64,000 bases of DNA, taken from positions 760,954 to 824,953 of the forward strand of contig KV454014.1 of the NCBI GenBank assembly GCA_001661245.1, given 5' to 3'. Below are positions 20,688 to 33,003 of the stretch, piece by piece. A program made the translations under genes and the position numbers. Under the pieces are notes generated by a model, which was given only the letters and a program-made list of their open reading frames with translations, was not told where the DNA came from and ran no database searches. The DNA comes from Pachysolen tannophilus NRRL Y-2460 (lineage: Eukaryota). Position 1 is the first letter of the stretch; the number at the start of each line of letters is the position of its first letter.

Positions 20688-23600
20688 TCATTGATTACTG
20701 TCAACTACAAAAGCAATCAAGAGCTTCCTTTCGTCTTCTTGAAGGTAATTGAAAATATCTTTAAAGTTTTCCTGACTTCCTACCCATTTGAAAAAATTCT
20801 TTAAGATATCCAATTCTTCTTTATTATCTCCTGTGTAATCAGTACGGTTATCGGTTCCCTCATCATCATCATCATCGTAGTCCTCTTCAGCATAAGAACG
20901 AAAATTATCAAATGTTGGATTTGCATCAACATCTTCCCAACCGTCATCTGCACCATTGTTATTGTTAGTATCTAAAGTTCTATTTCCAATTAATCCTATA
21001 TTGGATTTTGCAAAAATTTTTGAAGCATCCAGCAGAGATAATTGAAATTTCAATTCGTTAATGAATAATTTGATAATTTTTAATGGAACAGGAATTTGAA
21101 CATATTGTAAATTTTTTTTCATAGATCTTGTAATAATTTTACCTTCTAAAGAAGGATCTTCAACTAATTCATCCGAGTTAACCATAATAGAGTTCAATCT
21201 TTGGTCATTCAATTTGAATAGTTCAATCAATGCTTTAATATTGAGTAATATTTTATCAAATCCTCTAATTGTTTCAAATGCTTGTAACCAAATAGGTATA
21301 ATAATCTCTAAAGCTGGCACTTGTTTTGTAGTGTCCTTAGGATCTGGAAGCTTAAACTCGGACAAGAATCCAACAATTTGCTGTGGTGATTTCATTGCCA
21401 AATTACTAAAAATCAAAATTAAATTCTCAATAGTGGGCAATTCTTTTGCAATGACCAACCTCATAGATACAGACATTAAAATTTGGTTCAAGTATTGATT
21501 GATCACATTATTATTCGAGAATTTTTCAATCAAAGTGGTGATTAAGTCACCAACTTTCAGAGTTGCTTGATCCGATAACTGTGGAGATAAATATTTGGAT
21601 ACTATGTTTAATAATAAATCATAACCAGACTGATTATTTTCTTCATTAACGTATTTGGAAATAAAAAGCGATGCCGAATTATGATTTAGTAATTTATTCA
21701 ACACTTCGTTGGAAAGCTGTAATATTTGATCATCTTCTGTTCTTAAGATCAATTTTGTAAGAGTAGGGAAAATATATGTTAACATCTGTCCTGGAAGCTC
21801 CCTATCATCAATATCGATAAAACAGATCAAAATTTCTAATGCTAAATTTAATTCAGGTGAAAATTCAACTGGACTGGATGTAATACTAGTCGATTGTTCA
21901 AGAATATTTAATAGAATAGGCAATCCTTTTTCACATTGCGCTGAAAATTCACCAAGAGTTAAATTTTTGAATAAGTCTTCCAAACATTCCTTTCCTGAAA
22001 CAATGAGACCAAAATTGGAAGGATCTTTGAATATCAAATTAAAAATCAATTCTAAAGAAGATGTAGAAGACAGCAAGTTTTTATTATCAATAGCAATTGC
22101 GATTGATAATGCTTCTAATAATGTGATATTAGTATCTTCGTCAGCTTCATCAAATAAATTGGATATTATACGTATAATTACGTTTTGAATTTCCAAATTA
22201 AAAAATTTTGCTTTTATAAATTGATTAAAATATGTGAATGAAAACAATATCGACGATTTTACCAAATCTGAGTTTGTATCTGAATTATTTATAATCTCTA
22301 AAAGACTTTTCACAGCAAATTCTTTTGGATCTAGCTTGCTTGAGAATTTTTCTAAAAATCTTGGTAACAATAGAATTAATCTTGAAGACAAGATTTCATC
22401 TTGACGGGATTTTTGTAGAATTGTTAATAAAGAGTTTAAAAGATCTAAAACTGAGAATTCAGCTTTCAAATCTTCTTCATTTTGAAATACTGAACCTAAC
22501 AAGTATAAAACTGATTCTTTCAAGTTCAGATTATCATCATTTACAAATAATGATTCAAAATTTTTAAGTAATTTATCAAAGATTATATTTATATCTTTAA
22601 AATCCAAATCAGCTAAATATTCAGAAATAGAAAGTCTTATATTTGCATCGACTGAAAGACCTGATTCAATTGTAACAAAATTATTAAAATCTGATGACCA
22701 ATCTTCTCTTACATTATTTGGTAAAATTGATAATTTAATTAATACTTGTACAAAATTTTCTAACAATCTAGGTTCATCTTCTAAATTAAAATCAGAGGAT
22801 ATTACAGATAATATTTGAAACTGTTCTGAAATGAGATTATTAATTATTGTTGAAGGTTCTATTGCTTCTTGTTGATTTTGTTTAAATTGAGAATAATCTT
22901 CAAAAGCATCTTCTGGTAAAAAAACGACATTTGTCAATGATGATAAATCCTGAGTAATTAAATTGTATAATTTTAAAAAATTTTGTCCATTTATATTTTC
23001 AAACAGTTTTTTAAAATAACTAGTTATCAAATTGAAAATTTTATAAATTTCAAGTTTAAACAGATTATTATAAATTGATAAAATATTTATATTAATTGAA
23101 TCATTTAATAATTTAAAACTTAATTCAACAACATTTGGAATTAATTGTAATACAAAATTTTTTCTATTAATATCATCATACATTTCAGGATTTGATAATT
23201 GATTTAAACAACTAATAAACAATTTTAAAGTTTCAATTTTTATTTCAATTGAAATATTTTGATTAATTAATAATTTATGACAATTTGTTAATACTATTGA
23301 ACCAATTCTTCCTTCAAAAAATTGTTCTTCAGTTACAAGATCATCGAATAATTCTCTTAATACTGTTAAACCACCCAACATTTTATAATAATCATGATTT
23401 TCGTTATTAACCAAATTATATAATTCATCTAATAATTGGGGCCATTCATCTGGGTAATCACTTGAAGCAAGTTGTACAATTGCATATGCACCACTATTTC
23501 TAATCTTTGAGTCTGCATTAGTCAATAATTTTAATAATGATTGTCTTATCTTTATTTTTGAATTTTCATCAACACAATTTGGACCAATAAATGATTCAAA

Positions 23601-23819
23601 AGATGCAGACCAATATTTTGGTACCAACCTTTTAACATGTAAAATAGATGATTGTCTTAATGAAATATCTAAATTTTCATTTAAAGCAATTTCAATTAAA
23701 TATAATAAAGAATTTGAAGCATCAGTTTGAACAAGATTATTAAATTCTGCTTCTGCAATTGTCCTCTTTTGATTATCCGGAGAAGTCTGAGCAACAATTA
23801 AATCTACAAACCTATTCAT
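20688..23819 (-). CDS. KAP114: Importin-beta family karyopherin (Kap114/importin-9)
   Basis: IBN_N-like start, LKR-type PKYWSASFESFIGP, DYPDEWPQLL, WLQAFETIRGFDKI, IITRSMKK, VPLKIIKLFINEL, DDGWEDV. Confidence 0.92.
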   Translation of the reverse strand: MNRFVDLIVAQTSPDNQKRTIAEAEFNNLVQTDASNSLLYLIEIALNENLDISLRQSSILHVKRLVPKYWSASFESFIGPNCVDENSKIKIRQSLLKLLTNADSKIRNSGAYAIVQLASSDYPDEWPQLLDELYNLVNNENHDYYKMLGGLTVLRELFDDLVTEEQFFEGRIGSIVLTNCHKLLINQNISIEIKIETLKLFISCLNQLSNPEMYDDINRKNFVLQLIPNVVELSFKLLNDSININILSIYNNLFKLEIYKIFNLITSYFKKLFENINGQNFLKLYNLITQDLSSLTNVVFLPEDAFEDYSQFKQNQQEAIEPSTIINNLISEQFQILSVISSDFNLEDEPRLLENFVQVLIKLSILPNNVREDWSSDFNNFVTIESGLSVDANIRLSISEYLADLDFKDINIIFDKLLKNFESLFVNDDNLNLKESVLYLLGSVFQNEEDLKAEFSVLDLLNSLLTILQKSRQDEILSSRLILLLPRFLEKFSSKLDPKEFAVKSLLEIINNSDTNSDLVKSSILFSFTYFNQFIKAKFFNLEIQNVIIRIISNLFDEADEDTNITLLEALSIAIAIDNKNLLSSTSSLELIFNLIFKDPSNFGLIVSGKECLEDLFKNLTLGEFSAQCEKGLPILLNILEQSTSITSSPVEFSPELNLALEILICFIDIDDRELPGQMLTYIFPTLTKLILRTEDDQILQLSNEVLNKLLNHNSASLFISKYVNEENNQSGYDLLLNIVSKYLSPQLSDQATLKVGDLITTLIEKFSNNNVINQYLNQILMSVSMRLVIAKELPTIENLILIFSNLAMKSPQQIVGFLSEFKLPDPKDTTKQVPALEIIIPIWLQAFETIRGFDKILLNIKALIELFKLNDQRLNSIMVNSDELVEDPSLEGKIITRSMKKNLQYVQIPVPLKIIKLFINELKFQLSLLDASKIFAKSNIGLIGNRTLDTNNNNGADDGWEDVDANPTFDNFRSYAEEDYDDDDDEGTDNRTDYTGDNKEELDILKNFFKWVGSQENFKDIFNYLQEDERKLLIAFVVDSNQ

Positions 23820-24093
23820 ATCAATCAAAAAGAAAAATTACCCAATATAGATTTTAAAAACCTTACCGCCTATTAATTGAACTTTGATTTTGTTATTTTC
23901 TCTCTCTCTCTCTTTCTATATGTATATATATATTTATACTATAACAAGATGAAAAACATAGAAAAATTTTAACGCCCATAGATGTTTAGTTTAGATCAAC
24001 TAAAATGAACTATTTTAAAAGAAAAAATTTTTTTTTGTTTATTGCTGATAATCAAAGGTATTAATCAATGCAACTTCCCTATTGTAAAGTCTT

Positions 24094-24177
24094 GGAGGGT
24101 TGGCCGAGTGGTCTAAGGCGGTAGACTTAAGATCTACTGGACAGACGTCCGCGCGAGTTCGAACCTCGCATCCTTCA
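24094..24177 (+). tRNA. tL(UAA): tRNA-Leu, anticodon UAA, intronless, long variable arm
   Basis: GGAGGGT...ATCCTTC-A acceptor stem, A box TGGCCGAGTGG, anticodon arm GTAGA-CTTAAGA-TCTAC (TAA 24128-24130), B box GTTCGAACC, T-rich run downstream. Confidence 0.97.
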
Positions 24178-24954
24178 TTATTTTAATTTTTTTTTTTTTT
24201 TTTGTTTTGCTTCTTATAAATTTTTACGCGAAAGAAAAAAAATTAAAAAAAATTATTTTTCAACTAAATTTGATCCAATTATTCTGAGTTAATTTATTTC
24301 TCCTTTAAGAATAAGAAAGAAGGAAAAATGTTTGGATTGTATGCATAATTACATAGGAGAAATTTTGGTTATTATTGTTAATTTTTTTTTCCGGATCTTG
24401 GAGATACGTATACATGTGGATAAAATATCAACTAAGAAGGAAGAATTAAAAAAACTTGTATATGGATGGATGGATGATCAATCTCGAAGAACTCTAAAGT
24501 TTATTAAAGGCCAATGTTAAGAATTGCCACCAAAGACACATTAATCAAAATATTCTTCGTCTACAGTTAAAGAAAGTAAAAAATATTTTTCTTTTTTTTT
24601 TTAAATTTTTAAGTTCATTTCATCTCCGAGTAGGAGACGTGTTTTTCCGGTAAGAGCAAGCGGTTTACTGTTCTCCTTATTTTGTATTCCATTCCGGTTA
24701 GCAAATTTCCAGAGGTTTCTCCAGACACCTTTGTTAAATTGAACAACACAAGGAGTCTTTGAAAAATTAATGACTTTTACCATATAAAATATATATAAAT
24801 GGGTTTGGTTGGAATTCTAAATTTTCTTTTTTAATTTTTATTTTCTTTTTTTTATTAAATTCATAAATTTATTTAATTTTCAATTTATTATTTCTAATTA
24901 TTATCTTAGAAAGAAAGAATTGATTAGTTTCGAATTTTATATAATTATAGAAAG

Positions 24955-25932
24955 ATGTCAAACAATTCATTAGCACAATTAAAAGCCGCAGGTACCACTG
25001 TTGTTACAGACACTGGTGAATTTGAATCGATTGCTAAATTTACTCCACAAGATGCAACAACCAATCCATCATTGATCTTGGCTGCTACCAAGAAACCAGA
25101 ATATGCTAAATTGATCAACATTGCTGTTGAGTACGCTAAGAAGCATGGTAAGACTGTTGATGAACAGGCAACTTTAGCTTTGGATAGATTATTGGTTGAA
25201 TTTGGTAAAGAGATTTTAGCAATTGTACCAGGTAGAGTTTCTACTGAAGTTGATGCTAGATTATCATTTGATAAAGAAGGTACTATTAAGAAAGCTCTTG
25301 AGTTAATTGAGTTATATAAGTCAATTGGTGTTCCAAAGGAAAGAGTCTTGATAAAAGTTGCTTCAACATGGGAAGGTATTCAAGCTGCAAAAGAATTGGA
25401 AGAAAAATATCAAATTCATTGTAATTTGACTTTATTATTCTCATTTGTTCAAGCTGTTGCATGTGCTGAAGCTAATGTTACTTTGATTTCACCTTTTGTT
25501 GGTCGTATCTTGGATTGGTACAAGGCAAAGACTGGTGAAGATTATACTGGTGAAAAAGATCCAGGTGTCGTGTCAGTTAGAAAAATCTTTAACTACTACA
25601 AGAAATATGGTTACAAAACAATTGTTATGGGTGCTTCATTTAGAAATGTTGGTGAAATTAAAGCTTTAGCTGGTTGTGATTTCTTGACCATTTCACCAGG
25701 TTTATTAGATCAATTATTAAACTCTCAAGATCCAGTTCCAAAAGTCTTGGATGCAAGTAAAGCAACATCAGTCGATGAAGAAAAAGTCTCATTCATTAAT
25801 GATGAAGCAAAATTCAGATTCTTATTAAATGAAGATGCAATGGCTACTGAAAAATTATCAGAAGGTATTAGAAAATTCGCAGCTGATTGTGTAACTTTAC
25901 TCGGCCAATTAAAGGAAAAAGTCAGTGCTTAA
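24955..25932 (+). CDS. TAL1: Transaldolase
   Basis: [44 protein letters not shown] (Schiff-base Lys), TIVMGASFR; strong codon bias. Confidence 0.99.
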   Translation: MSNNSLAQLKAAGTTVVTDTGEFESIAKFTPQDATTNPSLILAATKKPEYAKLINIAVEYAKKHGKTVDEQATLALDRLLVEFGKEILAIVPGRVSTEVDARLSFDKEGTIKKALELIELYKSIGVPKERVLIKVASTWEGIQAAKELEEKYQIHCNLTLLFSFVQAVACAEANVTLISPFVGRILDWYKAKTGEDYTGEKDPGVVSVRKIFNYYKKYGYKTIVMGASFRNVGEIKALAGCDFLTISPGLLDQLLNSQDPVPKVLDASKATSVDEEKVSFINDEAKFRFLLNEDAMATEKLSEGIRKFAADCVTLLGQLKEKVSA

Positions 25933-26228
25933 AATTGAAATAATTATAATATGAATATATTCATCATATAAAAAAGAATCCTATATAGTCTCAGTAATTT
26001 CTCTTCTGAAACTAATCCAGTATTTCTATTTCACTTTATATATTATATATGACCTCTTAAAATTATGTGATAAATTTAAACGACTTTTTTTTTCCATTAT
26101 TATCATTATTATTATTTGTTTACGTCCGGTATGTAAGTTTTTTATTTTTTATTTTTTCCTTATCTTTTGATGTAATTATCTACATATATATCTTTTTAAA
26201 TGGTATCAATGGACCACGAACCGAGTTT

Positions 26229-27899
26229 ATGTCTCAATCAAGTATAAATCCTTTGAAGCATTCACAATTTGTTGAGTTTCAAATATTATATACGAATAAT
26301 GTAACTCAAAAACATAAGAAATGGCATGATGGTAGACTGAAATTTTATAGATTTAATAAAAAATTGATTATATATAATGAGGCTGGAAGTGTTGTTTCTA
26401 TTGAATTTATTAATTCTCCTTCGTTATTACTTGATCATAAAAATTTTGGGAATGAGATTATAGTTAGTGGATTTATAGTTGTTGTAGAAGAAGAATTAGG
26501 AAGGTATGAAAGAGATATTTCTAGTTTGTATAATAAGAGTCATGGTAATGATTTCGATGAAGAAGATGAAAAAAAAATTCCCATAAGAAGAATAAAATAT
26601 AAAAATGATGATCCAATAGTTTTCCATAATAATGATGAAAAACCTTTAAGTTTAATTTTAAAGCTGAGTGGCTCAGGTGGTTTTGCAGCAACAAGAAGAA
26701 GAAAGATTGGATTATCTAAAAATAGAGGTAAATTAAAAGATTATCCATATAATGGTAAAACACAAATAATAGCAGAAAATAATGAAGATACAACGCTAGT
26801 GCGATCGATAAGCTCAGTTTCAGCTGAAAACCACCACGAATTTAATAAACCAGTTCAATCTATAGTTTCGAGGTTTGTCAATGCAGACAGAAGACAGATT
26901 CGGATATCAAGATCTACATCTCCAATATTTATGGAGCCAATAGAGCCAATAGAGCAAATGGAACCAGCTCCAGATCCAGCCGCTGCTTCAGCCGCTGATC
27001 CAGATCCTTCTCATGTTACTACTGCTACTACTGAAGTTCCTGCTCAATATTATAATCCAGAAGAAATGCAACCTTATGAACTGAGAATAAGTAAAGAGAA
27101 TGAAAAAATAGTCATTGAAAATGACCATCAGGTATATAATAAATTAATGAATCAAATATCGGCGCTAACCAACTACGACAACAATGGAAATTTTTATTCT
27201 TATGAACAACTGATAAGTCTCTTGACGAGAAATCCAAATATATCTGTTATTTCAAATTCAAATGAAACAGTTATTATTTCAGTACTGAAAAATCATAGAA
27301 ATTACAATACGAATAATCAAAAAGCACATGAAAAATTATCTTCCGCAATAGAAAATGAATTGGATGGTGATGATGGTGAAGATGAATATAGAAACAACAA
27401 CGACTCCAGAGTTTCAGAAAAATTGGGATCAAAACCAATTCTAAACCATAACAATACTTACTTGGATCACTCTGATGAAGTTCCCACTTCTGGTGGTAGT
27501 AATTACTTACAGCAAATACCAAATTCATTAAAACATAGAAATCCATTAAGATTAAGAAAATTAGCGAGGAAAATGATAGAGCAGAATCATAATTTCGATA
27601 ATAATTTACATGAAGAAAGACAGCGGGTACCGTTTTTACCTCATAATCCATATGATATGCAACCTCTAACATGTCCTTCCGCTATGCCATACCATGCTGA
27701 AAAACCTAAAATTGATGTTTACTGCAGCAGTGACAATGAAAATGTTTCGGTGGATCTTTCAGATGTTGATAGGAATGAAGAAACCTTTGATGTTAGGAAC
27801 AAGGAAAACTTCAATAACGGTCATGATAAAATATCGAATTTAAGAGGAGATATTGAAAACAAACAGAATCGAAACTTACAATTAAGAAAGTTTCAATAA
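26229..27899 (+). CDS. MTE1: DUF2439-domain protein (Mte1/ZGRF1 N-terminal-like)
   Basis: EFQILYTNNVTQKHKKWHDGR.KFYRFNKK is the DUF2439 signature; first ATG 26229; remainder low complexity. Confidence 0.75.
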   Translation: MSQSSINPLKHSQFVEFQILYTNNVTQKHKKWHDGRLKFYRFNKKLIIYNEAGSVVSIEFINSPSLLLDHKNFGNEIIVSGFIVVVEEELGRYERDISSLYNKSHGNDFDEEDEKKIPIRRIKYKNDDPIVFHNNDEKPLSLILKLSGSGGFAATRRRKIGLSKNRGKLKDYPYNGKTQIIAENNEDTTLVRSISSVSAENHHEFNKPVQSIVSRFVNADRRQIRISRSTSPIFMEPIEPIEQMEPAPDPAAASAADPDPSHVTTATTEVPAQYYNPEEMQPYELRISKENEKIVIENDHQVYNKLMNQISALTNYDNNGNFYSYEQLISLLTRNPNISVISNSNETVIISVLKNHRNYNTNNQKAHEKLSSAIENELDGDDGEDEYRNNNDSRVSEKLGSKPILNHNNTYLDHSDEVPTSGGSNYLQQIPNSLKHRNPLRLRKLARKMIEQNHNFDNNLHEERQRVPFLPHNPYDMQPLTCPSAMPYHAEKPKIDVYCSSDNENVSVDLSDVDRNEETFDVRNKENFNNGHDKISNLRGDIENKQNRNLQLRKFQ

Positions 27900-28264
27900 T
27901 TTATTTATTTGCATATAATATAGTCTATTATGATTTAAACTAAGATTTATATCATCACTACTGAAATTAATTCGTAATTCAGGTAAACATTTATACCTAC
28001 TATACCCTTCTTCTATTAAAAAAAAAAAATAAAAGAAAAAAAAAAAAAAGAGAAAACAAAAAACCACTTTATAACTAATGATAACCATTGAGAACCCTTT
28101 TTTCTTCTCAAAGAACAATTGAAAAAGTTCTATGAGACTTCTTTATAAGTAACTTGTGAAAAGCAGCCAAAAAAAAGAAAAAGAAGAAAGTTGTAAACCA
28201 CCCAAGTCTGAATCATTCTCGTACGCGATATATGAATTGCCAAAAAAAAAAAAACACAATTGGT

Positions 28265-28483
28265 TTACTCTGAAGATTCAGCATTAGCAGCATCTCTCAT
28301 TCTTGCCTTTTCTCTTGCTAACATCAAAGGAACACCATTTGAAGCAAAAATCTTTATAACTGGGAATGAGGCTAAAAACCCAGTGACTGCAGCTAATGCT
28401 GGTCTATTTGCCAAACGAGCAACATAAGCTTGAGCTTCTGTTTCTGGGTATTTTGTTGATGTTGGATAAGTTACAGTGCTCAT
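28265..28483 (-). CDS. Candidate small protein, 72 aa
   Basis: MSTVTYPTSTKYPETEAQAYVARLANRPALAAVTGFLASFPVIKIFASNGVPLMLAREKARMRDAANAESSE; ACCATG context, GC above flanks, GCT/GCA/AGA/GAA codons. Confidence 0.6.
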   Translation of the reverse strand: MSTVTYPTSTKYPETEAQAYVARLANRPALAAVTGFLASFPVIKIFASNGVPLMLAREKARMRDAANAESSE

Positions 28484-29136
28484 GGTTAATACTAAAAAAA
28501 AAAAAAAAAAAAGGCATTTGTTAGAATTCAAAAATCTTTTAATCATCTAGGTAGATAATATAAGCAAGTTATTTCGTAAAACTTACTATTAAGCTAAAGG
28601 AATATGATTCTTTAAACACAATAAAAAATCGTGAGTATTAAAGATAATGAAATAGTAATAAGATAATACATGTAATTTCAAAATTTACATATATAAGCTT
28701 CAGCCAAATAAACTGGTCATCATCCATCCACTGAATGACCGATTGAATTCCGATAAACTTTGGAAAGTTAAAAATGTTCAATTCTTTTTGTGTTAACTTC
28801 ATTCAAAAAGTATAATAAACTGATCTGATCAATAAGATAAGTAATATTAGTGTACACAAAAAAAAACATAAAAAACAAAAAAAGGGAAGAAAAAATGCAC
28901 TGAGGAAGAACCATCCATCTCACACCAGCAGTATTAACGGTAAGAGGATTCAAACCGCAAACCGCAAACCGCCAGTGTCAATTGAGATAAGGGCAATTAC
29001 AAATAGCTAGAAATGCATGCGCTTTATTCAAGAGAAATTTATGATTTCAAAATTATTATTTTTTTTTTTTCATTCAAGAAACAAAAAACAAAACTGTTAA
29101 GTATATAAATAAATCAAATATATTAAACTCATTAAT

Positions 29137-30186
29137 TTATTTTTTCAAATTTTTAATTTTTTCAGTCAATTCAGGAACGATTTGGAAAACATCGCCAACA
29201 ATTCCAACATCTGCAAGATTAAAAATAGGTGCTTCTTCATCTTTATTAATTGCAACAATTACTTTTGAATCTTTCATACCTGCCAAATGTTGTATAGCAC
29301 CAGAGATACCAATTGCGATATATAAGTCTGGGGCAACAACTTTACCTGTTTGACCAACTTGTAATGAATTATCACAAAATCCAGAGTCAACTGCAGCACG
29401 TGAAGCACCAATTGCTGCATTTAAAGCCAATGCTAATGGTTCAATGATTTGTTCAAATTGTTCTTTTGATTTTAAAGCTCTTCCCCCTGAAACTACACTT
29501 TTAGCAGATCCTAAATCAGGTCTTTCTGATTGAACAAGTTGTTCACTAATAAATTCAACACTTGAAATAGTTTCAGGTGCAGTAATTTCTTCAATTGAAA
29601 TATTATTATTTTCAGAAGAATTTATTTCTATTTGTGGGAAAGCTGATCCTCTAACTGATAATAAAATCAATTTTTCATTATTTTTAAGAGTTTCCCAAGC
29701 ATTTCCAGCATAAATTGGTCTAACAAATGTATTTTCTGATTCAATTTTCATAACATCAGAAACAGGTTGAACATCCAATAATGCAGCAATTCTAGGTAAT
29801 ATATTTTTACCAACTGTTGATCCAGGTACTACTAAATGAGTAAAATCTTGATTTTTTTGTAAAATATCAACAATTAATGGTGAAACATGTTCTGGTAAAT
29901 AATGATCAAATTTTGAATTTTTGGAAATTAATATTTTAGAAATTGCTGAAATTTTTAATAATTCTTTTGATATTTCTGAAGCATTTGAACCTACAAGTAA
30001 AGCAGTAATTGGTTTACCTATCTTTGTAGCTGCTGTTAAACTAGACAATGAAGATGGTGCAATCAGACCTTCTTTAGCTTCAACAAACGCTAATGTAGAA
30101 TTTAATCTAATTTTAATTTTAAAATTTCTCACAATTGAAAATCTTTGAAACTGAGAAAATAATCTCTTTTTACCAAAATCCAACAT
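29137..30186 (-). CDS. AIM45: Electron transfer flavoprotein alpha subunit, mitochondrial
   Basis: [70 protein letters not shown]. Confidence 0.97.
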   Translation of the reverse strand: MLDFGKKRLFSQFQRFSIVRNFKIKIRLNSTLAFVEAKEGLIAPSSLSSLTAATKIGKPITALLVGSNASEISKELLKISAISKILISKNSKFDHYLPEHVSPLIVDILQKNQDFTHLVVPGSTVGKNILPRIAALLDVQPVSDVMKIESENTFVRPIYAGNAWETLKNNEKLILLSVRGSAFPQIEINSSENNNISIEEITAPETISSVEFISEQLVQSERPDLGSAKSVVSGGRALKSKEQFEQIIEPLALALNAAIGASRAAVDSGFCDNSLQVGQTGKVVAPDLYIAIGISGAIQHLAGMKDSKVIVAINKDEEAPIFNLADVGIVGDVFQIVPELTEKIKNLKK

Positions 30187-30846
30187 TATTATCTTTTAAC
30201 AATTTAATTCCATATATATGATATATAGTGAATCAATCAATCAAGTTAGTCAATTTCTTTACATTTTACTATAAAATGTCCGTCAAAAAAAATTAAACCT
30301 TTTAAAATACATGGAGAAAAAACCGGCAACTTCCCTATTTGGAAATATTTGAATTTCCACTTGAAAAACACGACCAAATCTTTATGTCCGCAATTTTTGA
30401 TTTTAGTTCTATTTCTGCCAAATGGAAAAAAACAAGTTCACGTGGAAATAGTTTTTATTAAGCGTCCCGGTACTAAAGGTTTGTTGTTGTTGTTTTCTTT
30501 TTTTTTTCCGTCGTTTTGCAAAAAAAAAAGAACTTTCTTGAGGCGCACTCGCACGACCGTGTTCCTATTCTTAAATTACAAAGAAAACGGAAAAAATTAA
30601 AAAAAAAAATTTTAGTTTTTCGGTGTCAATTTTTCAGAGGTTTCCATTTGGATGTGAGAGAACTCTGTTTTATTCTGAAATCATGCAGTTGCAATTGCAG
30701 TTACACAAGTAGGGTGATGGATGGATGGGTGGTTTTGCTTTTAACCATATATATATATATATATATATATATTTAGAAAGAGAAAGAAAGAGAAAGAAAG
30801 AGATTTATTGTTAGTTGTTTACTCTATTCGATGTTTCAATTGGTAG

Positions 30847-32040
30847 ATGGAATTCAAGCCTAGAGAAGAAGAATCTTGTGAAAAAAGAGTGGTGGTTGAT
30901 ATTATGGATCCAACTTATGATAAATTGGCAGATCGAGCTATAGAATTATTGGAAAAATCTGAAAAATATAGAATATTGATATTACTTATAGGAACACCTG
31001 GATCTGGTAAATCTACTTTAGCTCAGAAAGTAGTTGATAGGATTAATTCAAGATGTAATAATAAGAGTATTATAGATGATGGTAATAGGACTATTGAATT
31101 TGATTCATTGGTAACAAATAAAGTTACTGATCGTATACCTTTGATTGAATCCAATGATATGGATAATGATACAATTGATGAAAAAGATGTAGTTGGAGAT
31201 CCAATGGGTACACCAAAGAGATTAATTGTTTCGAATGAAGAAATCATAATACGTGGTAAAGGTTCAAAAGATACTCAATTATCAATTAGATTACCATCTT
31301 CACCCATTTCTTTTACTTCTGAAACAAATTCATCTGGTAATTCAAAAAATTTTGCACAAGTAGTTCCAATGGATGGTTTCCATTTACCTAGAAGTATTTT
31401 AAATAAATTTAAAGATCCACAATTTGCAAATTTAAGAAGAGGTGCACCATTTACGTTTGATTCATCATTGGTTGATATATCAGTAGAATTATTAAAAGCA
31501 ACTTGTGATGTAGATTATCCACTTTCTAATTCCTCAAGCAAGAATGAGAATGGGGAAAAAACATTAAAATTGTTGAATGGATCTATAACTAAAATTCCAG
31601 ATGTTTATTTACCAAATTTTAGTCATGAAATTAAAGACCCAACACCTTATGGTATCAAAGTTCCAAGTGAAACAAGAATCATATTAATGGAAGGATTATA
31701 TTTATTATTAGATGATGATGAATGGAGTAAAATAGGACATGCATTGAAACCTGGAGAAGTTTTAGAAACTAATAATAATGCTGTACCATATATTAATTAT
31801 CCAATTGATACAAAAATACCAATTCCTGAAAATAAAAATTTCGAATTTTGGAAAATTGATATAGATGAACAAAGAGCTAGACATAGAGTTGCAATGAGGC
31901 ATTTGGCATCAGGTCTTGCTGATTCAATAGCAGCAGGTGAGAAAAGATACGATATAAACGATGTTATTAATGGAAGACTAGTCGATAAACATTCTTTTAA
32001 TTGCGATTTGAGAATTTTGAGTATTGATGATGAGGATTAG
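30847..32040 (+). CDS. YFH7: P-loop ATP-dependent kinase of the PRK/URK/PANK family (Yfh7-like)
   Basis: GTPGSGKST, AQVVPMDGFHL, RRGAPFTFD, PNFSHEIKDP, IILMEGLYLL, RVAMRHLASG. Confidence 0.9.
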   Translation: MEFKPREEESCEKRVVVDIMDPTYDKLADRAIELLEKSEKYRILILLIGTPGSGKSTLAQKVVDRINSRCNNKSIIDDGNRTIEFDSLVTNKVTDRIPLIESNDMDNDTIDEKDVVGDPMGTPKRLIVSNEEIIIRGKGSKDTQLSIRLPSSPISFTSETNSSGNSKNFAQVVPMDGFHLPRSILNKFKDPQFANLRRGAPFTFDSSLVDISVELLKATCDVDYPLSNSSSKNENGEKTLKLLNGSITKIPDVYLPNFSHEIKDPTPYGIKVPSETRIILMEGLYLLLDDDEWSKIGHALKPGEVLETNNNAVPYINYPIDTKIPIPENKNFEFWKIDIDEQRARHRVAMRHLASGLADSIAAGEKRYDINDVINGRLVDKHSFNCDLRILSIDDED

Positions 32041-32365
32041 AAAATCAACTGGTTTGGTTAACCAATTTTCATATAGATTAATTATATTTTCATAATTTCA
32101 ATTTTATTTGAAATAAAAAAAAAAATTTTTCGAATTTAAAAAATTATTTATTATCTCCCTAGAAACTCTACTAGAATTATTTTAAGTTATGAAATATTTT
32201 CTTAAATTGACATCCTAATTTTTACTGTAAAATATTACAACCTCTATATCTGTATCTATGAGGGTTGCAAGAAGAGAAAAACCAAAAAAAAAAAAAAAAA
32301 AAAAAAAGTAATGATATATATATATATATATGTATATGTATTTCATATTATTTCAAATGCTAATT

Positions 32366-32969
32366 TTAACAGATCGGTGAAGCAATAGGAGAATCTTCAT
32401 TAATTATCTTATTCTCAATAATACTTGTAGAAGCGCAAACACCAATTTGTTCACTAAACCTATTATTGTTATTATTACTATTGTTATTGTTATTAATGTT
32501 TTCAGTGTCACAAGATGGACCACATGCATGAGAGCCCAACATTTTCCTCCTAGATAACATCTTTGAACAAGACAACGGTTTTAAATCAAATGCAGATGTC
32601 GAATTGTTCAATTCATAGTTAATTCCAACCGCCGCACTTCTCTGTCGATCTAATATCGCAGATATTGATACTCCGTTATTGTTTTTATTTTTCTTTCTCG
32701 ATAAAACAGGGTATTCTTCACTTAGTAACACAGATTTAACTTTCGAAAACTGTTGGTTTCTAAGCAGGGACTGCGGCAAATTTTCATTGTTATATGTGTT
32801 ATTATTCATCTTCGTTAATGGTTCAGCAACGGTGTTCTTATCACCACCATCGCTACGTTCATCACGCTTATCATTATCATTATCATTGATGTGATTGTCG
32901 TCTTCATAATAATTGCCGTCATTACCATCTCCTTCAAGACCAGCTAAAGAAGAAAAGGAAGATAAAGAC

Positions 32970-33003
<34 letters not shown>

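Noticed and set aside
24094..24177. tRNA as the possible CUG decoder
   Set aside because: Anticodon is UAA and the sequence is a standard yeast tRNA-Leu; it says nothing about CUG
24070..30339. Shared 14-mer GCAACTTCCCTATT upstream of the tRNA (24070) and of ETF-alpha (30326)
   Set aside because: Single short match with no flanking similarity; plausibly chance
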